Source: Opitutales bacterium
GTDB lineage: Bacteria > Verrucomicrobiota > Verrucomicrobiia > Opitutales > UBA2987
Length of the DNA stretch: 64,000 nucleotides
Direction: 5' to 3'
Assembly (NCBI GenBank): GCA_965226885.1
Contig: CBDDEL010000012.1
Span: 32,001-96,000, forward strand
This document shows positions 56,875 through 64,000 of this stretch, one piece after another; the first letter of the stretch is position 1; each line of letters starts with the position of its first letter. The translations under genes and the position numbers were made by a program. The notes beneath the pieces are model-generated. The model had not been told where the DNA came from. It ran no database searches and worked only from the letters and a program-made list of their open reading frames with translations.

Positions 56875-57219
56875 CTAGGCATGAAGCCGAGCATGAGCGC
56901 CCAAGGCAACTGCTACGACAACGCGGCCATGGAATCGTTCTACGGCCGCTTCAAGACCAGCACGATTCGAGGCCGCCACTTTGCCGACGAGCGCGAACTG
57001 CGATCAACTGTCTTCGAATACGTGGAAATCTTCTACAACCGATATCGCAAACATTCCTCTCTGAGTTACCAAAGCCCAGTCCAATTCGAGGAAAATATTT
57101 GCCCCCCATGGGGGGCAACGAGAAAACAAAACCCTTTACCAAAACAAGCCGCCTGACACACTAATCAATAAACAATGAATATAAGAGAATCCCGTGTCCA
57201 ACAAATCCAGTACACGTCA
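56875..57219 (+). mobile_element. 3' fragment of IS3-family type B
   Basis: Matches about 6863-7207; starts at the CTAG hit by IS1380. Confidence 0.9.
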
Positions 57220-57845
57220 TGGGCGCTGACGCCAAGATTTCTGCAGCCACATCTTCGATTAACTGTTCCATCGACAAATCGATCCTAAATTTTAAGCCAC
57301 TCACCTGAACATCTTTCTTTTTTTTGGGTTATTTTTCGAGTTTTCCTCTTTCATGGATTAGTTCACCTTATTTTCCACCTGCCTAGAATGTTAGACAGGC
57401 AACGAGCCGCCCAAATTTTCAACTACTTTGGGGCGTCGCCAGTGGACATCGTGGGATATGATTTGAAGGCGATATCCCCAGACCTCTTCACATATAGAAG
57501 ACGCCAATGTTAAACATATGGGGATTGCCCAGGGGGATTGCCCAGATGCCCGACATTACACATTAACCTCCCACAGCCAAATACTACTGGAAATTAAGGC
57601 GAAAATATCCCGGTGCCATCATCGGTTTCGCTTCAGATTTCGCGGATAATATAGCAATGAAAACGACAGAAAAGGGTCAATACAGGAATTATATGTATAA
57701 TCAAATTCAGGTTATTAAAAATAATTCAATATAAAATATCAAAAAATGTTTTTTAATATAACCATTCTTCAATCATGTGAGAAGTGCTCATTGTATAAAC
57801 AGTTAGTATTTGAGAATAAATATTGGCTTTATGTTTGAGGATGTG

Positions 57846-58461
57846 GGTAGTGTATAAAAAAAGAATGTTATTTTGTATTTTTAGCTGTACAAATAGCGTT
57901 AGGCAGTTTATTCTTAGTGCATTAGTGCATGGTTACTAAAATTATTAATTGTCGGCACTGTGGAAGTGAAAATATCATTAAATTTGGCAAGACGCCCAAC
58001 CATAAACAGCGCTACCGCTGCCATGATTGTGGTAAACAAAGCCGCGAAAACCCCACAGTGAAATACACCGAAGAGCAAAAAGAAATGATCCTTCGAGTCT
58101 ATCAGGAACGCAGCAGTCTACGCGGTTTACAGCGCGCCTTCGGGGTGAGTCCCAACACCGTTTTGAGTTGGTTAAAAAAAACGACAATCGCTGCGACCGC
58201 TCAAAAGCACGATTCTTGCGGCCCGCCGCCATGATGTCATTGAACTGGACGAACTGTGGTCTTTTGTGGGGCGCAAGAGCGATGCCCAATGGGTTTGGAT
58301 CGCTCTTTGCCGACGCACCCGTCAAATCCTCTCCTATGCCATTGGGCCTCGGGATTGGTATCGTTGCCGGGAACTTTACGAGCGTCTGCCACGGGCCTAC
58401 AAAAGATGTGCCACCTACAGCGACTTTTGGAGCACTTATGATGAAGTCTTTCCTCATAACC
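57846..58461 (+). mobile_element. IS1-family element, 3'-truncated by IS21
   Basis: GGTAGTGTA left end; insA at 57929; near-identical to 14332-15134. Confidence 0.9.
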
Positions 58462-60978
58462 TGTAAACGCCGGGATGAAACCGGTACGGGGGTCGGGGTA
58501 AAACCGGTACGCTTGGAATAAGGTTTAGGTTAGTAATTGCAGGTACGTCAAGGTTTAGGGTTTGGGAGTTGGTTTTGGGGATTGGCTTGGGGTCGGTGAG
58601 GAGGCCGGAGGCCGACGAGCCGGGCCCAAGGCGTTTATTGTTTTGTGCCACGGCGACGGCGTCGAGCATCGCGCAAGCGGTAGCTTTGCCCGTTGGCTTC
58701 GAGGATATGCACCCGATGGGTGAGTCGGTCCAGCAGAGCTCCGGTGAGCCGTTCGGAACCGAGCACTTCGATCCAGTTCTCAAAGGGCAGGTTGGTGGTG
58801 ACGATGAGACTGGTGCGCTCGTAAGCGCGGCTGACCACGTCGAAGAGCAGTTCGGACCCGGTCTTGGAAAAAGGGACGTAACCGAGTTCGTCGAGGATGA
58901 GTAGGTCGAGCCTTTCGAGTTGCTTCATGAAGCGCTGCAGGTCGTGGTTGTCGCGTTGCTCGAGCATATGGGTAACCAGGGCGGTGACCCCGAAGAAACG
59001 GATCCGCCGGCCCTGGGCACAGGCGGCAAAGCCCAGGGCGGTGGCCAGGTGCGTTTTACCGGTACCGGCGTTACCGAGGAGCAGCACGTTTTCGCGCTGG
59101 TCGACATACTCCCCGCGCATGAGCTCTCGGATGAGCGCTTCGTTGATCGAGGGCTGCGCTTCAAAGGCGAAGCTCTCGAGGGTCTTGAGCACGGGGAAAC
59201 GGGCGTTTTTGATCCGCCGCTGGGCGGCCCGCTGTTCGCGTTCAATGAGCTCCCGTTCGACCAGATGCAACAAAAAGGCGGCGTAATCGAGCCGGTCCCG
59301 GGAACAAGCCGCGGCCACCGCCGGCCATTCGCGCAGGATGGTGGGCAACTTCAGTTTCTTGAGGTGATGGTGTAACAGCAGCTGGTTTTTTTCTTCCTTC
59401 ATAAAGCCCCTCCTGGAATCTTGAGCAGTTCGCTGTAGGCACCGAGGTCAGGGGCGGCCACACGGACGTGACGCAGGTGTGGATGGCCGTCCAGCCGGAA
59501 GGTTCTGCTCCCGTAGTCTTCCTGAGGATAGAGATACTGGGCGATGGCCTCACGAGTCAGTCCCCCCACCCGCAGGGCCGAGACGACGGCCTGCTGCAAG
59601 GCCGCCATGGGGTGTTTCTCCAACAGCCGCAGCACCCGGATATACTCCCGGGTGCCTTCGCCCCCGCATTGGCTTTCGAGCCGGCGTCTGAGGACCTGCA
59701 GGCACTGCGGCAACTGCCAGCCCGAGAGTGGGCGGGCGAAGTCCAAAGCGGCCGGTTTTTTCTCCAGCAAAGCCAGGTAGTGCACCGGCTCGAAAGAGAC
59801 TTGCTCTTTATCCCAAATGCGGCGGTGCCGGGCCACCTCTTGGCCCCCACAGAAGATCACCACCTGCCGACAGGACCCTTCCACCACCACCGGATGGTGG
59901 GCGCAGCGCACCGGCACCGAATAGTCGTTGCACTCGAAGCGCACCAGCGAGAGGCTGCTGACGCAGGTCGAGCGTTTGCGGCTCGCTTCAAAGGGTATGG
60001 GCGGCAACGCCAGCATGACGGCGCGCTCCTCGGCCAGCAGTTCCTTTTTCACCGCCCTTTTCCCGCGTAATTTACGCTCCATGTCCCGCTCACATGCCTC
60101 CAACAGCTTTGCGTTGAGTTCCTCCAGGTCCCGAACCTGCGGTACCGGTACCAGGAAGTTGGCCCGGGCATAACGCACGATCCCCTCGACCACGCCCTTC
60201 TCGTTGGGCCGGGCGGGCAGACAGAAGTGTTCCTCGAACAGGTAATGGCTCTGTAGCTGCAGAAACCCGTCGGTCAGCTTGCGTTCACGCGAACCGATAA
60301 TCTTACCCACCGCCACCTTCGAGTTGTCATAGCTGATGCGCCGGGGCACCGCCCCGAAAAACTCAAAAGCTCGCAGGTGCCCCTCCCAGAAGCTCTCCGT
60401 GCACTCCCGTTCGAACACCTGCACGAAAAAGGCATCGCTGTAGGGCAGGCTCATGGCAAAAAATGGCCGCCTACGCAATTGCCCCGCCTCCTTCACCAGG
60501 GCATGACCGAAGTCCACCTGTCCCTCCCCGGGGCGGTGCTCCAGCGGCACGAACACTTCCCGCCGCCTCGCTCGCAGCTCGGCCACCACCTCCTTGACCG
60601 CCGTGTAGCCCCCTTGGTAGCCCTTCTCCCGACCCAAACGCTGGTAGATCCGTTTGGCCGTATGGCGCTGCTTCTTGGGCACGTTCCGGTCCGCTTTGAG
60701 CACCTCCTCGATCCAGCCCACATACGGATCGATCTTGCGCTCTCGCCTCTTCTTGCGCCGGTATCCCGGCGGCTGGGAATAGGCCAGCATCTTTCCCAGA
60801 GTCTCCCAGTGCAGTCCCTCTTCTCGCATTACAGAGCGCTTGCTCTGCTTGTCCCGCAGCACTTTGTGCCGCACTCTTGTCCATTGCTTCATATCTCGAT
60901 ACACTCCTCCTTTCTAGGATAAGCGTACCGGTTTTAAAGCGCCCTCTTTACCGTACCGGTTTTTCCCCGGCGTTTACA
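58462..60978 (-). mobile_element. IS21-family element (istA 59399-60904, istB 58635-59402)
   Basis: Both termini present; flanks ATAACC / GCTTCT do not match. Confidence 0.95.
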
Positions 60979-61187
60979 GCTTCTTTGGTGGGAAATTGCC
61001 GGAGTATCCTTTTTGTGCCAGAAAATTTTACAGGAATGCAGACACGGTAGGAGCCACCAAAGTCTTCCCCGCGTGTCCGGTTAATGATTTCCGTAACAGT
61101 TATCCTGCTTCCCTTGGGGTGTTCCCACGCTTTCAAGTGCGGGATTCTTTTTCTCTTATCCGTCCTTGCTTTCATGGGCTCCATATT
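60979..61187 (-). pseudogene. Probable N-terminal (arm-binding-like) stub of a site-specific integrase, truncated by IS21
   Basis: Basic peptide ...SYRVCIPVKFSGTKRILRQFPTKEA starting about 100 nt past the tRNA 3' end in the same orientation. No catalytic domain is left, so the call rests largely on position. Confidence 0.5.
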
Positions 61188-61292
61188 GCCAAAAGGTGCC
61201 ACTTAATCAATAAAAAAGAAAGGAAAAGTTAGGACAATATTTTAGGTAATTCTCCAAAACATTGATTAACAATAGGATAGGTATTGGGAAAT

Positions 61293-61370
<78 letters not shown>

Positions 61371-61396
61371 TTTCGGTTCGGTGTGTGGAAGGCTAA

Positions 61397-61424
61397 AACC
61401 TATGAGTTCATTGTAGCCTGTCAA
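61397..61424 (-). promoter_or_regulatory. Putative sigma70 promoter of tRNA-Asp
   Basis: TTGACA-N16-TAGGTT, ending 26 nt upstream of the tRNA. Confidence 0.5.
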
Positions 61425-61936
61425 GTGGTGTTTATGAATATATTTTGGAAAATTCGCCGGAGTTTATTGAATCGGGTCGTTGGGGAAATCGGCCTTTAAT
61501 CTTGTCTTGGCAGTTGCCTGGAGCAAGATTACAGGGGAACCATGCGTGTTTCAATTTTTGGTGAAAAAATAAGGGGGTGGGTTTTAGAATCCTGAAGGTA
61601 TCTTTTCGTTATTAGGCAATTAATCTATTGAATATCAATAGATTATAGAACTATAACTTTTTTGATAAAATTATGCTTGGCCACTTTTATTGCTCTGCTT
61701 GGCCTTTTTCCACTGTTTGGAATGGCTTCAGAGACCCCCTGTAAGTTTTATTTTTTCCTGACACCCCCATCTATGAACCTGATTAACTGATTAACCTAGG
61801 GGGGGCGCCCAATTTCCCTGGTGGCGATATACGTATTAGTCAAATGCCGATCAAAATTTTTTCTGAAAGGGGGGAAAATGTATTCCTGATTTAGGTGTTA
61901 TCCATTACGGTGGAAACGGTGGAAACAAAGAACCGC

Positions 61937-62479
61937 TTACCCTCCCGTACTCAACAATTGGCGATGGGTCCATACAAAAAGGAGAAGAAAGATAAAGAAA
62001 AGGCTGAATACCAAAGGGATGAACGTAACAAGATTCTTCGATGATGTTACACGCATACATCCTTTTTGTAGACTCTCACGCCGTTCTTTGCTCTTAAGGA
62101 ATGGTCGAGGGCATCTATTTGGGAAACCTTGCTCCATCGTTTCTGCGAATTCGTGATTATCGTCAAGGTAATCGCTTGTTCGACGCCCCAAAGGGGCAAA
62201 GATAAAGCCAAGAATGATGCCCAGAATGCATGGGGACGTAAGAAGGACTGCCTTGTCCTCGAACGGGTCAATTCCCACGAAAAGTGCAACCCAGGCACCA
62301 ACTAATATGGATTCGACCACGATCAGGGTGTTGAGGCGGGTCCACCTTATTTGCTCCGAGTGTATCACCAAGGATGTCAAAACGTTGTACATTTCCGACT
62401 CTGCGACGAAATAATGATAAGGATTTTTCGTAGGCTTTTTCTCTCTCAATTCTGAATCTATATCAAATGCACGAACCAT
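61937..62479 (-). CDS. Hypothetical membrane protein with three hydrophobic segments
   Basis: MVRAFDIDSEL... start lies just outside the IS end; the longer ORF-track N-terminus is IS sequence. Confidence 0.6.
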   Translation of the reverse strand: MVRAFDIDSELREKKPTKNPYHYFVAESEMYNVLTSLVIHSEQIRWTRLNTLIVVESILVGAWVALFVGIDPFEDKAVLLTSPCILGIILGFIFAPLGRRTSDYLDDNHEFAETMEQGFPNRCPRPFLKSKERRESLQKGCMRVTSSKNLVTFIPLVFSLFFIFLLLFVWTHRQLLSTGG

Positions 62480-62481
62480 TA

Positions 62482-63784
62482 TGATGTGACCGCCGAAAAT
62501 GATGTGACCGCCGAAAACACTACCATTGCCAGTGAGAGTCTTTCTGGAGAAATTACCGGAAAGACCTATGAAGCAAAAAAGATACACCCCTGAACAAATC
62601 ATAACGATACTGCGCGAAGTAGACGCAGGCAAAGGCATTCAGGATGTCTGTCGGTCCCACAATATCAGTCCTCAAAGCTACCATCGTTGGCGTAAAAAGT
62701 ATGGCCGCATGGAGCTGCGTGACGCCAAGCGGCTGAAGGAGCTGGAGCGAGAGAACACACAGCTTAAGAAGATTGTAGCCGAGCAGATGCTGGAGAACCG
62801 TGTGCTCAAGGAGGTGAACGCAAAAAAATGGTAGGCCCGAAGCAGAAAAAGGAAGCGGTGAAGCATGTATTGGCCCAAGGGTCGTGCTCGCTGCGTCGGG
62901 CCTGTCAGCATTTTGGGTTGCACCGCTCAACCTACCTGTATGAACCCAAGAAAGCTACTGAGTATAGGCATAAACTGGTGGCACGCATCATTGCCTTTTC
63001 GAAGAAGCATCCGCGCTATGGCTATCGTCGGATCCGCGCTTTGTTGACCCATGAAGGTTGGCCCGTGAGTCGCAAATTCGTCCAAAAAGTGCGTCGTTTC
63101 GAAGGACTGGGTGTGCGCCCGTCTGGCAAGCGCCGTCGCCGGCAGGGCCAATCCACGGCTACCCCGACCCGAGCAGTGCAGCCCAACCATGTGTGGAGTT
63201 GGGACTTCGTGGCGGATCGCACCGACCGGGGCGGTCCGCTCAGGCTCTTGACACTGATCGATGAACATACCCGTCAATGCCTGGCCATTAAGGTTGCGCG
63301 CTCACTGAAAAGTGCCGATGTGGTAGAGGTATTGAACGATGCCATAAGAGAGAACGGCAAACCTCAGTGCATCCGCTCGGACAACGGATCGGAGTTTATA
63401 GCCCACCAAGTCAAAGAAGAACTGCAGCGACAGGAAATTGCCATCGCATACATTGATCCAGGAAGCCCTTGGCAGAATGGACATATAGAATCCTTTCATA
63501 ATCGTTTGCGCGATGAATGCCTTAATCAGGAACTGTTCCTGAGCGTGACCGAAGCGCGTGTGGTGGTCGAACAATGGCGACACAAATACAACGCGAAACA
63601 CCCCCACAGCCGATTAGGCTTTCTCTCCCCAAATACATTTGCCAGACTCTGGCGAACAATCAACAAAGCAGCGGCTGGCTCCATTCGGCCTACGGCCTCA
63701 TTGCGCCACCCGCTGCAAAACCTACAATACCAAACCTACGGAAATACTCTCACTTAAAGTGGTAGCAAAGATGGGGTCCGATCA
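62482..63784 (+). mobile_element. IS3-family type D element, uninterrupted, with an 18-bp tandem duplication of its left end
   Basis: TGATGTGACCGCCGAAAA x2; orfA about 62568-62834; orfB 62828-63757; ends GGTCCGATCA; no target duplication. Confidence 0.94.
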
Positions 63785-64000
63785 CCACAGAGAACAAAGA
63801 AAAAGTCAACTCAGTCGTCAGTGATTGAAATTAAAAGCAAGTCCCAATACCCCGCCCCCAGAAAACTCACATTCTCCCATTTCTTCCAATCAGTAAACCA
63901 CAATTTACTCCGGCTGTGAATGTTCACATGGGATAATGCGCCCCATGGGATAATGCGCCCCTATTGCATATCCAAAAATTATAGATGCTATTTAACCGTA

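Overview
This 64-kb window looks like part of a Verrucomicrobia/Opitutales-type genome (PEP-CTERM protein, exopolysaccharide glycosyltransferases, TPR and FecR genes) that is heavily eroded. By my hand count about half of it is insertion sequence: IS1380, three IS3-family types, IS21, IS1, IS630, an ISNCY/IS5-like element and an IS200 relic, often nested. The left part (1-20.9 kb) is host chromosome: panC, panB, a four-carbon acid sugar kinase and a decaying surface-polysaccharide/PEP-CTERM locus. The right part (about 23.4-61.3 kb) looks like a shattered island at the 3' end of tRNA-Asp, with a probable integrase stub, phage/satellite-like relics and three integron attC-like sites. The most unusual signal is a non-coding element of about 100-135 bp (core CTATTTTCAACGATTATGAATGTTCATATGGGAAATCTCGG). 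It occurs at five loci (six copies), always upstream of and facing an unrelated intact cargo gene: an asparagine-synthase family gene, formate dehydrogenase, aldehyde dehydrogenase, a Tat-exported hydrolase-like protein and an FG-GAP protein. Homology ends sharply at the same 3' point each time, so it is a candidate gene-capture/expression platform (attI/Pc-like site or mobile promoter). All family assignments come from recognising motifs by eye; no database searches were run.
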